Shown here: positions 1 through 12,298 of the stretch, piece after piece | How the letters are laid out: every line of letters starts with the position of its first letter | Position numbering within the stretch: the first letter of the stretch is position 1 | NCBI GenBank assembly: GCA_951406725.2 | Contig: OX597814.1 | Location: forward strand, 126,666,001-126,730,000 | Origin: Octopus vulgaris | Lineage: Eukaryota | Length of the DNA stretch: 64,000 nt | Direction: 5' to 3' | Made by a program: the position numbers and the translations under genes | The notes under the pieces: generated by a model | The model's database searches: none | Seen by the model: the letters and a program-made list of their open reading frames with translations, nothing else | Told to the model about the DNA's origin: nothing

Positions 1-551
1 TAAAAGCATTTGACTAAGCCTATCATAAAAAAGTTAGTAGAAAACAATATTTATTAAGACAAAGCTACTTTTCAGTAACAAGATGAAAGTAGGAAATACA
101 TTAACAATTCAGTAATGGCAATTTATGTTCCAGTATTTATTGCATCATCGAAGACAAACTGAAATTCTTGTATGAGAAAATTATTTCTCATTGGGGAATA
201 TTACTTGTTTAAACTATTTCTTTTGTCTTTTCTTGCAAAAACTTTTATTCAGTAAATTCACTTGTTAATCTGAACACTATTAATACTATGTAATTATGTT
301 CTGGGGTTTTTTTTTTCTTTTTCAAGAGCTAAATGGAAACTATCAGGTATTTTGTTTCTTTAGACAAATGCGATTGAATGCCCATATAACTCCTACACAT
401 TAAACAAGGATGGAATTTCTTTACATCAAATTGCTAGTAGTTTTTATCATCAGTGATATAATCATTACATCAACTAATGGTATATTTTCTCTTTTTCAAA
501 TATCAGTTTAACAATCTTTACGTTTTTTTTTTTACCATATTTCTTTTGAAA

Positions 552-2067
552 TATGAAGCCCATTCCAGAAGTTTTTCAGGAGAAATATTTATCAATTCCA
601 AATAAGTACAAAACTCTAATCTCCTTCAAAGTAGAATCCTTTGACTTCAGTGCACTTGTTGTAGCATTCCAGCCACTTCATGAAGGCCCCATGAAAGTAC
701 TCCAAAATGAGAGTGTCTAGGGGCCTTGTTATAACTACCTTCATCTTAGAAACAACTGCCACTGAGGTTCCCCTTCAGCTTGAAGAACAATCAAAAGTCA
801 CATGGTGCAAGATTCGGACTGTAGGGAGAATGAAAGAGAGTTTTAATACCCATATCTATAGTTGGTTACCAGGCTGGAATTGTGGTCTGATGCAGATGCC
901 TTCAATCTGAGTGGAAGAGCTCTGGTCTTTTGCAACAAAATCTCTTTCTGAACTCCCTCAAAGGCTCCGTAGAGACTTTTTGTTGACTATTTGGCTTGAT
1001 GGAACCTAGAGGATGTAGATGATGCCCTTGCTGTCAAAAAAGGGGATCATCATTAACTTCTCAGTGGACTTGCTTTTCCTGACCTTATTTGGGTCTGAAG
1101 GAGCCAGGATATTTCCATTGGGCACTCTGTATCTTGCTCTCTGGATCATAACTGTAGATTCAGTTTTTGTCACAGGTCACCAGAGACTTAGGTGCTCTTG
1201 GACAGTGGGTAATGAGCTCAACCATTTCTTTGCTGTTACCAATGCATTTTTCCTTTTATTCATCACTGAGCAACCCAGGAGCAAATTTTGCACAAACTTT
1301 GTGTATGTTTAGATCTTCATGAATAATTGTGTGTACAGTTGCCACACCAACTCCAAAATGTATGTTTATTGTCTTTATAGACACACTATGACTGTCATCC
1401 AGAAAACTGCAAATTTTCTCAACCAGCTATGATATTCTGGTGTCCTTCTCTCTCCCACACCTCTCATTGTCTCTCACCAGCTCACTACTATCATTGAACC
1501 TCTTGTGCCAGCAAAAAACAGATACTCGACTTGTACAAGTTAATCCATAAGGAATCTGGGGCATTTCATAAATTTCTGAAGCATTTTTCCCTATTTAGCA
1601 CAAAACTTTATTGCATAGTAAGTTTGCAAATTGTCTTCATGTCCCAATTGCATTTTTCAAATTAGTCAGCTGTGGCAAGCCAGGTTTAGTAGAGTGTGTT
1701 CAAAGAGCTGTTAGCCAGCAAAAAACAGATACTCGACTTGTACAAGTTAATCCATAAGGAATCTGGGGCATTTCATAAATTTCTGAAGCATTTTTCCCTA
1801 TTTAGCACAAAACTTTATTGCATAGTAAGTTTGCAAATTGTCTTCATGTCCCAATTGCATTTTTCAAATTAGTCAGCTGTGGCAAGCCAGGTTTAGTAGA
1901 GTGTGTTCAAAGAGCTGTTACGGCTCTCCTTCATTCTGGAATTTTAAAAAAAAAGTTGGTAGGTCAGCTTATTAGATGTATAGTAATGATAGAATTATAA
2001 GAATCAAGGACAGTTAATACTGTCACTCATCAAAGAAAGCCTCAAAACTTCTGGAATGTACCTCATA
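552..2067 (-). mobile_element. Mariner DNA transposon relic (decayed transposase, TIRs, TA target)
   Basis: Minus-strand translation gives YAIKFCAK, KVCAKFAPGLL (WVPHEL-like), LVTCDKN*IYSYDPESKIQSAQW and HSPYSPNLAPCDF, with stops. The ends TAtgaagcccattccagaagtttt and aaaacttctggaatgtacctcaTA are inverted repeats. Confidence 0.9.
1507..1920. repeat. Perfect 207-bp tandem duplication
   Basis: 1507-1713 reads identical to 1714-1920 (gccagcaaaaaacag...agagctgtta). Confidence 0.9.
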
Positions 2068-2261
2068 CATTAGCATTGTTTTTATTAATTTGGAAAATAA
2101 TAAATAATTTAGTTAAATATCATTGTCATTATTAAGCTGATATAAATTAACATGAAATTTTGGTGGAAAGTTTTAATTAGATCACTTTAATTTAGATCAC
2201 TCATTGGTTCAATTATAACAATAGCTGATTGGTTAATCACTCAGAATACCTTGAATATACT

Positions 2262-2474
2262 TTTCTATTCTGGACTGAAAGGCCTGAAATTTGGAGGGAG
2301 GAAGCCAGTCAATTAGATCAACCCCAGTATGCAACTGATACTTAATTTATCGACCCCAAAAGGATGAAAGGCAAAGTTGACCTCGGTGGAATTTGAACTC
2401 AGGACATAAAGACAGACAAAACACGGCTAAACATTTTGCCCAGCATGCTAACATTTCTGCCAGCTCACCACCTT
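2262..2474 (-). mobile_element. tRNA-derived SINE family A (Meta/MESC-like central domain)
   Basis: Reverse complement of ...gagttcaaattccaccgaggtcaactttgcctttcatcc..ggggtcgataaattaag... Flanked by 17-bp TSD aataccttgaatatact (2245-2261, 2475-2491). The domain name is recalled, not searched. Confidence 0.8.
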
Positions 2475-4261
2475 AATACCTTGAATATACTGAAATCTCA
2501 CAGCTAGTGAGTTGTAGTTTTTTTTTTTACTTCTAAAATGGTCAGTCATTTTGAAGTGAGCCACATCTGGATGTCAAATATGGAATTTGATTTTGCAATG
2601 AGAAACAGCTGCCTTTACAAAAAAATCCCATTGTAGTCCTGAACTATATGTTTCTTCAATGTCTTCCAAGCAAGAAAACAGATCCTGCTCATCATCATCC
2701 TCTCCTTCATTGTCTTTTTCTCTTCCTTGTTTTGCTACAGATCAACCCTTTATTAAGCAGACATTGTATTATTTCTATTTTTTTAAATGGTATGATATAA
2801 TTTAAGAGAAACATGACCACTATTTCTAGCAACTCAGTAAATCTCATAAATGTTATCTCATTGATTCATGAAACATTATCATGCACCTACACAAATCTTA
2901 AATTCATGACCAATGGCTTGAATTACCCTCTCAGATTTCAAAGAAGCACCAGGATATTCTACCTTGACATGCAATATGTTCTGCGTTGTACCCAAATCTC
3001 TATTAACAAGCTCTCATAATCATCATCATTTAATGTTCTTTTTTCATGCTGGCATGGGTTGGGCAATTTGAAAGGAGCTTGTAAACCCCAGTTATCTGTT
3101 TTGGCATGGTTTCTACAGTTGGATGTCCTTCATAATGCCAGTGGACTTGGAATAGCACTGGATTAGTAGTCTCCAGTGGATCTTGTATATTTGGCATTCA
3201 ATTTACAAATATTTAATAAGTACCAAAGGCCAAATTAAATTGGAATTCTCATAAAACAGATGCAATGAAAATGTGTGGTTGCAATTATGTATTAGCTAAT
3301 GATATGTATGTACCCCGATACACAGACAAATGGATAGCTATGTGTCTACGTATGTATGCATGTGGGTGTACGTGTATGAGTGTTGGGGTATCCACTTGCT
3401 GCTTCCACCACTTTGTGATTATTATCATAATCAAAAACTATATTTATCATCTACTTTATACTCTTATCTGTTATATCAATACCATTCACTTCATCTCTTT
3501 TGCTATCATCTATGAAACCACTTGCCTACCATTACTGACATTCAAGGAATCTTGGATTGTTATCAACAATTATTGATTTCATTTTTTAGATTAGAGGAAG
3601 GGTCAGCTTCCATGGCCTTTCCAGGCCCTCTGAGACCAGTGAAATCAACACTGTTAATATTTACAGGAATGCTCGACAAAAACAATATTAGTGACCAGGT
3701 TAGTGCAAAGCCCAGGTGTTAAACACAATATTGGTAATGAGAGAAGGAGGGACAAGTGAATCAGGAGTGTCTGTGTGGAGGTAACATGAGATCAGCCAAC
3801 TCAGAAGTAAAGAAATATTATGGTTGAAAAAGCAGGATTTGAACTCAGTGTATGAAGACTACAACTAAATGCAGCAAGCATTACTGATTCTACCAATGTA
3901 TTGTGTTTGATTGGGTGACCTAAATATCAAATTGCTGCAATCCTTAACTCCAATAGCATTGACTGTAACTGATTTTTGTTGTATTTTTAAGTGGTTTATT
4001 GCTCTTTGGTGCACAGATTTTACACACTTCACTGAACCAAATGCATGAGTTTCCATTTAATAATCTGAAGAAACCTGTTAGTCAAGTCATATTAAGAATA
4101 CTTTTGTTCTGTCAAAAGAATGTGGTAAATGAGATGAAAAATTCAAAAGTTTAATGAAAGTACAGCTCACAAAATAAGATTTTGTGAGGGTGGATCATAT
4201 TCTCCAAGTGTTTGAGATCATGTTCTTTGCCTGATCTGCTTCAATGTTGTAGCAATAAGTG

Positions 4262-4965
4262 GGCCACTTGAGAGATTTGTGACTTACAGTTATGTGTGGG
4301 ATGGCAAAGAAGATATTAGCCATCTGGCTAGCTGTTTCTGATCGATAGAGAGTAAAACACATGCATTGCCAAAAATAATTAGCATAGAGCCGATGGAGTT
4401 CTGCATAGTCAATTAACTTGAAATACCATAGTGTGTGAGAGTTGGGAGAAGTTGCGTAGTTATGTTGTTGGTCTTCTTGAGACTCTACTATCTAGTCATT
4501 GGCTGTAGCCATAGCTCCTCCACCCACCTAGTCGTGCAGTATCAATACCCTTACATGCTTTAGCTTGCCTGCCAAGATAGGGCACTTGGAGTCAGCACAT
4601 GAAAGCTGTAGGAGGCCACTTGAGAGATTTGTGACTTACAGTTATGTGTGGGATGGCAAAGAAGATATTAGCCATCTGGCTAGCTGTTTCTGATCGATAG
4701 AGAGTAAAACACATGCATTGCCAAAAATAATTAGCATAGAGCCGATGGAGTTCTGCATAGTCAATTAACTTGAAATACCATAGTGTGTGAGAGTTGGGAG
4801 AAGTTGCGTAGTTATGTTGTTGGTCTTCTTGAGACTCTACTATCTAGTCATTGGCTGTAGCCATAGCTCCTCCACCCACCTAGTCGTGCAGTATCAATAC
4901 CCTTACATGCTTTAGCTTGCCTGCCAAGATAGGGCACTTGGAGTCAGCACATGAAAGCTGTAGGA
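4262..4965. repeat. Perfect 352-bp tandem duplication
   Basis: 4262-4613 reads identical to 4614-4965, with GGC microhomology at the junction. The paralog at ~11040-11400 has a single copy. Confidence 0.9.
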
Positions 4966-5292
4966 GGCAACTCATACCTTGCCTTAAACTCAATTGGACA
5001 ATCTGAAAGGTATAGAGATGGTGATGGTTTGGTAGACATCATTTTTGGCAGTAAAGAAAGAGATCAAGAGTGTTTGAAATGTCTGTGTGTTCATTAGATA
5101 TGTATATATGGGATGAAACTAAGAGTTGTAAAAACTAGAGTAAGTATGTGAGCCAAAAAAAAACTGTGAACCTTAATGTCACCTTGTGCTATGATTTTAG
5201 ACAGAGCCCAATAGACCTCAATTCAGGAAAAGATATGATCAAAGATTTGTTCTCATTGGGAAGTGTTCAAAATGAAGTGGAGGAAGCAGATA

Positions 5293-5547
5293 TATTGGGT
5301 TGGTGCATAATTATTGCAGCTTTTTTCAACAAATTTTATTCAACAAAAGCAATAACAGCATGTAACAAAAACATCTTTAAATGATTATTCCGGAGTATAT
5401 TCACCATCTACTTCAATTACCGCTTCCCATTTGCTTGGCAAATGATCAGACCATCATTTAAAGATGTTTTTGTTAAATATTGTTATCGTTTTATGTTGAA
5501 TAAAATTTGCTGAAAAAAAGCCACAATAATTATGCACCAACCCAATA
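5293..5547. mobile_element. Mariner MITE with ~90-bp inverted arms
   Basis: TA-ttgggttggtgcataattattg ... caataattatgcaccaacccaa-TA (HSMAR1/MADE1-like TIR). The spacer encodes a transposase C-terminus, DHLPSKWEAVIEVDGEY, on the minus strand. Confidence 0.85.
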
Positions 5548-5619
5548 TTTACAAGAGAGTGGGAGGATATATTTTGGTAAGAAAGATGAATAGGGTGGGA
5601 GAGTGGAATTAATATATAT

Positions 5620-5870
5620 ACCGGTGTCATGCAAATTGGCACCCGTGCTGGTGGCACGTAAATGTACCCCAGTGTCATGCAAATGGCACCTGTGCTGGTG
5701 GTACATATAAGCATTCATTACACTCTCAGAGTGTTTGGCATTAGGAAAGGCATTCAGCCATAGAAAACCATGCCAAATCAGACTGGAGTCTGTGCAGCCT
5801 TCCAGCTTACCAGCCAACCCATGCCAGCATGGACAACAGACGTTAAATGATGATGATGACAATGACGACA
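5620..5870 (+). mobile_element. RTE LINE 3' UTR fragment
   Basis: ggcacgtaaa...ttggcattaggaaaggcattcagc...aacccatgccagcatgga...(gat)n tail, the same as the 3' end of the LINE at 20540-24008. Many more copies occur, e.g. ~3020-3140(-), 9480-9675(+), 16230-16880(-), 27030-27210(+), 27870-28020(-), 32550-32940(-), 38750-38940(-), 45540-45830(+), 46580-46770(-), 59900-60085(-). Confidence 0.8.
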
Positions 5871-6612
5871 GATACCAGCTTTCACCTTTAAGATTTCAGT
5901 ATAGTGTGTAACCTGGACAGCAGGAATGGAATGTTAATAAGGGCTGAAAGAGTTGTATCCTGGAGAGGAATGGGTTATCTACTTTGTATTAGTAGATGTA
6001 ATAACAGCTGGCAGTTAGGTTGGGTGACAGTCTACAGACCTGCTAGAAATAGCAGCTAAATCTTCTTAAATCATATTATATCATCTTAAAAAGAAGGACA
6101 CTTTCAGTAACAAGAACCTTGCTATTTTATTTATGAAAATGAAAAGAGTGATCATGTCATTCATACCTTTGATCATCGGTCTCATCAATCAACAACAACA
6201 CATATACACACTGTATCTATCTGAACAGTCATGTATACACTATACTGCATCAATCCATCCAGTCATCTACACACTGCCTGTCAATCAGATCAGTCAACGT
6301 ACCACAATCCAATAAAAAAGACTCTATACAGTCACTTGATCTGTTAAAACTAGCAGTCAAATCTCCCTACTGAAGGAAGATATTAGACTATGTAACTTTA
6401 GACCTACAAAAGACAAGATAATCATGGCTGTTGTGTCTTTTTGCTTATAGACCTGCTTGATCAGGATTTATCTGTGGTTAAACAAAATCCTTGTCATAAT
6501 TTGTGTTTATCTTCCTTGTTAAAAATCTATTTACCCAGTCAAGATTTTCATGTGGTGTCTATATATCTAAACAATATATACACATACAATACTTATGTAA
6601 CCAACCAACACC

Positions 6613-6824
6613 TATGAAGGTGTGCTGAAAAGTTCCTGGCTTTAAGGGTATCGCTAAAAGTCTAGTTGGGGGCCCAACCTACCAAGTTCGCTTAGAAAAA
6701 CTGAAGGACCATTGTAATAATTGTGTGAAGCCTAGAGGAAAATATGTTGAATACATTCATAATGAACAGATCCCCCTGTATTTTCTTTTACCCTAAACGA
6801 GGAGCTTTTCAGAACTCCCTCATA
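6613..6824 (+). mobile_element. Mariner MITE
   Basis: TA-tgaaggtgtgctgaaaagttcct ... aggagcttttcagaactccctca-TA. The interior encodes EKLKDHCNNCVKPRGKYVE, resembling a mariner C-terminus. Confidence 0.75.
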
Positions 6825-7166
6825 TATACTGTGTTTATCTTCCTAGTCAACATCTGCATTCTGTATCTTTTAATTTAGAAATGGCACATTTGTGAGATAG
6901 TAGTTGTAGGGAACTATTGAATTAATATCCTCTAATCAATTGGGTGGTCATTTTTGTGAAGGAAGGGAAGTAGCAACACTATCTTAGATATTTGAGCAAT
7001 ACTCTGATGTATGTTATTGCTGATCAGAAGTGAAGTATTTTATGACCCTAAAGAGTAATCCTATTTTTAACAACACAGTTTTGGTAAAGTAAGGTGAGAT
7101 CACCTTGAAAAATCATCAGGGACTGTAATGCATTGTTTTGAAAGTTTTAGATGTGTATCATCTGTA

Positions 7167-7580
7167 TACTCTTTACTCTTTTACTTGTTTCAGTCATTTG
7201 ACTGTGGCCATGCTGGAGCACTGCCTATAGTCGAGCAAATCGACTCAGGACTTATTCTTTGTAAGTCTAGTACTTATTCTATTGGTCTTTTTTTTTTGCC
7301 AAACCACTAAGTTATAGGGATGTAAACACACAAGCATCGGTTGTCAAGCAATTTAGCGGGTGACAAACACAGACACACAAACATATACACACACATACAC
7401 ATATATATACATATATACGACGGGCGACTTTCAGTTTCCGTCTACCAAATCCATCACAAGGCTTTGGTTGGCCCGAGGCTATAGCAGAAAACACTTGCCG
7501 GAGGTGCCAAGCAGTGGGACTGAACTCAGAACCGTATGGATGGTAAGCAAGCTACTTACCACACAGCCACTCCTACGCCT
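7167..7580 (-). mobile_element. tRNA-derived SINE family B (CORE-like) with internal (TA/TG)n
   Basis: Reverse complement starts ggcgtaggagtggctgtgtggtaag (A box)...gagttcagtccc (B box)...ggcaagtgttttctgctatagcctcgggcc, ending in an aagagtaaa tail. Other copies: ~7612-7880(+), 15440-15800(+), 19470-19720(-), 27700-28220(+), 33135-33290(-), 38050-38195(-), 46120-46270(+), 56660-56820(+), 62500-62850(-). Confidence 0.8.
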
Positions 7581-8714
7581 GTATGTTGCAAAATTGTGGT
7601 GTTGCTCCAGCTTGGCTGTGTGGTTAAGAAGCTCACTTCAAAATCATATTGTTTTGGGTTCAGTCTTTGGGAAAGTGCCATCTACTATAGCCCTAGGTCA
7701 ACCAGTTTCTTGTGAGTGCATTTGGTAGACGGAAACTGTATGGAAGCCTGTCATATGTTCGTGTGTGTGTGTGTCTTTGCTTCTGTTTTGTCTCCCTACA
7801 CCACTTGACAACTGATGTCAGTTTGTTTCAATCCCCATAGCTGGGTCATTTGGCAAAGAGACTGGTAGAATAAGTAAATAAACAGACAGGCAGTCGGGTA
7901 AACAAACAGATAGATGTGTGTGTGATGAGGATAATAATCAAGAAGAGGTGGAAGCTACAAGCAGATAATTGCTGCTTCCACCACTTCATGGTTATTATCA
8001 TCATCAAAAACTGCATTCTTTATTTACCTTATCTGTTACATCAATCCCACCCTTCACTTCATCTCTTGCTACCATCTATGAGACCACTTGCCTACCATTA
8101 CTGACATTCAAGGAATCTTGGATTGTTATCAACAATTATTGATTTCATTTTTTAGATTGGAGAAAGGGTCAGCTTCTATGGCCTTTCCAGGCCCTCTGAG
8201 ACCAGTGAAATCAACACTGTTAATATTTGCTGGAATGACATGTACAGGAATAGAATTCCAGGAATGCTCGACAAAAACAATATTAGTGACCAGGTTAGTG
8301 CAAGGCCCAGGTGTTAAACACAATATGGGTAATGAGAGGAGGGACAAGTGAATCAAGAGTGTCTGTGTGGAGGTAACATGAGATCAGCCAACTCAGAAGT
8401 AAAGAAATATTATGGTTGAAAAAGCAGGATTTGAACTCAGTGTATGAAGACTACAACTAAATGCAGCAAGCATTGCTGTACAATGCACTACTAATTCTAC
8501 CAATGTATTGTGTGTTTCACTGATTGGGTGACCTAAATATCAAATTGCTGCTATCCTTGTCTGCAGCAGCATTGACTATAACTGTTTTTTGTTGCTTTTT
8601 GTGGTTGCTCTTTGCTGCACTGATTTTGCGCACTTCACTGAACCAAATAAATGAGTTTCCATTTAACAATCTCGAGAAACCTGTTAGCCAAGTCATATTG
8701 GTTGCAAATTTTCG

Positions 8715-8915
8715 CACAAGGCCAGTAAGTTAGTGGGAGGTGGGAAAGTTGATTACACTGAGCCCAGCATTCAACTGGTACTTGTTTCATCAACCTTGAA
8801 AGAATGAAAAGCAAAGTCAATCTCAGTGGAATTTGAACTCAGAATGTAAAGACAGAGAAAATACCACTAAGCATTTTGCTCAGTGTGCTAACAATTCTGC
8901 CAGATCACTGCCCTA
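8715..8915 (-). mobile_element. SINE family A copy
   Basis: Family A motifs on the minus strand. Absent at the paralogous site (~4090), so it inserted after the duplication. Confidence 0.8.
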
Positions 8916-9070
8916 AACCAAGTCATTAAGAATACTTTTGTTCTGCCAAAAAAGAATGTGCTGAGTCAGATGCAAAAATGAAAAGACTGATGAACGGAAA
9001 GCATACAGAATAAGAGGAGTATGAAAAAGACAGTTTTAAATTCATACACCCAGCAGAAATATCATACTCA

Positions 9071-9458
9071 ATTTAAGGTGGCAAGCTGGCAGAAACGTTA
9101 GCACACCAGGCAAAATGCTTAGCGGTATTTCATCAGCAGTTATGTTCTCAGTTTAAATACCGCCAAGATCAACTTCGCCTTTCATCCTTTCGGGGTCGAT
9201 TAAATAAGTACCAGTTACGCACTGGGGTCGATATAATTGACTTAATCCATTTGTCTGTCCTTCTTTGTCCTCTCTGTGTTTAGCCCCTTGTGGGTTGTAA
9301 AGAAATAGGTATTTTATCAGCAGTTACGTTCTGAGTTCAAATTCCACCGAGGTCAACTTTGCCTTTCATCCTTTCGGGGTTGATAAATTAAGTACCAGTT
9401 ATGCACTGTCCTTGTTTGTTCCCTCTATGTTTAGCCTCTTGTGGGCAATAAAGAAATA
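9071..9458 (+). mobile_element. SINE family A, partial-dimer form
   Basis: Full monomer followed by a restart at internal ggtattt. 16-bp TSD agaaatatcatactca (9055-9070, 9459-9474). Confidence 0.85.
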
Positions 9459-11406
9459 AGAAATATCATACTCACACATAGTCGTGCCGGTGGCACGTAA
9501 AAGCACCCACTACACTCTCAGAGTGGTTGGTGTTAGGAAGGGCATCCAGCTGTAGAAACTATGCCAAATCAGATTGGAGTCTGGTGCAGCCATCTGGTTC
9601 ACCAGACCTCAGTCAAATTGTCCAACCCATGCTAGCATGGAAAGCAGATGTTAAACGAAGATGATGATGATGATGAATTGTAGTAAATCTTATGTTATAT
9701 AAAAATTATCACAAAATTATGGAATAAATAACCTCTTGAAATTTAAGGTTAGGATTCATTATAATTTCATTGGAAATGCTTCCTCTCCAAATGCATATAA
9801 ATCAGAACACTACAATAAAGATGTTTCAATAAGAATCATCTCTGTTATTTTATCTCAAAGCTGTGGAAATAATCCCAGCAATATGTACTCTAAAATATAT
9901 CTAAACACTTCTATAGAACATTTATCAGACCTTCAATCAACAACTGCCATATAAATATTGACTTTTCTCTTGAAATGGCACCAAACTCGATAAAGGTGGG
10001 AGTGAAACAGTTTAGATGACCTGAAATATCTAGGCTAGAGTTTTGAAAAGAAGTAACAGGAATAGGGTTGGAATACAACAATGGTCAAAATAGAACACAG
10101 ATTTGGAAGTATTCATCAATGACTAACCACTGAGTATGTGTAGCATTGTAGAATGGTCTGAGATCAATGGCATCATAGAAGAGAAGAAAATAAAAGGGAA
10201 AAAACAAACAGAATGGAATTTAAATTTTATATTTAGAAGGTATCAAAATTTTTGAAATATCTCGAATTTATTGGAGGATTGATGTAATTAATATATTTTT
10301 ATGAGAATCAATCAAAATTTTATCAATAAGTCAATCACATTCTGAAACTTTAAAGACAAGATGATGGGAGTAGAGAAAGGTGTTGCAACAAACTACATAC
10401 ATCTTACAAACCGAACAAAGAAACCTCTAAAGGATAGAAAATTCAGTCTCTTGATGGGATGCATAATACAAATAGCATATATGCTTGTATAATGACATGC
10501 AGATCCATTTAATCATGGACCTAGTAAAAGTGGTTAAAAAGTGAAGTTATGACTATAGTATTATTCTTTATTTGATATTGCAGCTTGTGAACAAACAGTG
10601 CCATTGATTTTTTTACATTTCCAGCAGATTTTTTTTGGTTTGAAGTAATCAAGTATGCTTTTATGCATGGCATGTATGTGAAGATAGTAATAGAAAGAGA
10701 TAGCATTGGAGGAGATTTATTGAGTGTTTGAAATGTAGATTTAGATGCAAATTAAGTAGAAAGTGTGATGAGGGATATTTCTCTATGGGAGTACTATTTA
10801 TAGACACACCATGGTTGCAAAGGAGATTTCATAAAGTTGGTATTGATCTGTTTGGCCAAAGGGATCAGCTTAGTTTATAAAGCAAGAGAGATTGTAACAT
10901 TGCATAAAAGCATTTTGGCTTCACAGTCTTGCAGAAGCTTCAGTGCTCAGTAAAAGCTGCCCAGTGGTGGATCATATTCTCCAAGTGTTTTAGGTCATGT
11001 TCTTTGCCTGATCTGCTTCAATGTTGTAGCAATAAGTGGGCCACTTGAGAGATTTGTGACTTATGGTTATGTGTGGGATGGCAAAGAAGATATTAGTCAT
11101 CTGGCTATCTGTTTCAGATCAGTAGAGAATAAAACAAATGCATTGCCAGAAATAATTAGCATAGAGCTGATGGAGCTGTGCATAGTCAATTAACTTGAAA
11201 TATCATAGTGTGTGAGAGTTGGGAGAAGTTGTGTAGTTATGATGTTTGTCTTCTTGAGACTACTATCTAGTCATTGGCTGTAGCCACAGCTCCTCCACCC
11301 ACCTAGTCGTGCAGTATCAATACCTTTACATACTTTAGCTTGCCTGCTGAGGAAGTGTGCCAAGGTAGGGCACCTGGAGCCAGCACATGAAAGATGTAGG
11401 GGGCAG

Positions 11407-11758
11407 CTCATCATCTCTGCTGTTTCACCTCACAAACCTCATTTTTATACTCTCCTACCCTCACTCAAACTGCTATCTTCTCAAATTTTAGTTATATGTT
11501 TTTCCTGTTGGTATTTGCCTGCAGAAGTTTAAGATGAAGTCTATAGAGTTTATGAGCAGTGTCTAACCTCTCACTAAATAATAATAATAATAATAATAAC
11601 AACTAAGAATGATAAAGAAAAGGTACTGAAACCTATTTGAAAATGATACCAGGAAGTGCAAAAAATTGTGTTAACTGGAATGGCTCAATTACTGAGAAGA
11701 GCATTATCGCTGTGAAAACAACATCCATTCATGAATTTATTTATTTATTTATTAAGTT
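11407..11758 (-). repeat. Inverted copy of 14605-14975
   Basis: Reverse complement match including the (TAA)n tract and the R4-type C-terminus, with a 17-bp deletion between CAGG repeats. Confidence 0.9.
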
Positions 11759-12053
11759 GGACAATATGAAAGGTATAGAGATGGTGATGGTTTGGTAGAC
11801 ATCATTTTTGGCAGTAAAGAAAGAGATCAAGAGTGTTTGAAATGTCTGTATGTTGGTCAGATATGTGTATATTGGATGAAACTAAGAGTTGTAAAAACTG
11901 GAATAAGTATATGAGCCAAAAAAACTGTGAACCTTAATGTCACCTTGTGCTATGATTTTAGACAGAGCCCAATAGACCTCAATTCAGGAAAAGATATGAT
12001 CAAAGATTTGTTCTCATTGGGAAGTGTTCAAAATGAAGTGGAGGAAGCAGATA

Positions 12054-12298
12054 TATTGGGTTGGTGCATAATTATTGCAGCTTTTTTCAACAAATTTTAT
12101 TCAACAAAAGCAATAACAGCATGTAACAAAAACATCTTTAAATGATTATTCCGGAGTATATTCACCATCTACTTCAATTACTGCTTCCCATTTGCTTGGC
12201 TGGTAGTCAGACCATCATTTTTGTTAAATATTGTTATTGTTTTTTGTTGAATAAAATTTGCTGAAAAAAATCTGCAATAATTATGCACCAACTCAATA
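12054..12298. mobile_element. Mariner MITE (paralog of 5293-5547)
   Basis: Same TIRs and spacer at the paralogous position in the duplication. Confidence 0.85.

Larger units (their letters stand above)
3386..6570 (+). repeat. Local segmental duplication, copy 1
   Basis: Colinear blocks match 7969-12724 (e.g. 3500-4150 vs 8080-9000; 4189-4975 vs 10966-11410; 4993-5600 vs 11757-12350; 6224-6570 vs 12350-12724). Confidence 0.9.

Noticed and set aside
2590-2735. Acidic minus-strand reading frame KQGREKDNEGEDDDEQDLFSCLEDIEE
   Set aside because: Poor acceptor, ends in a stop, no recognisable homology; may be purine-rich low complexity.
3590-3780. Possible + strand exon (ttttttag...gag|gtaaca) conserved in both paralogs; ORFs 3522-3722 and 8088-8351
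   Set aside because: Stops and a frame-changing indel between the copies. The minus strand reads WNSIPVHVI, like a CR1/L2 C-terminal relic.
9700-10965. Possible decayed retroelement ORF in the copy-2-specific segment
   Set aside because: No convincing domain motif could be read on either strand.
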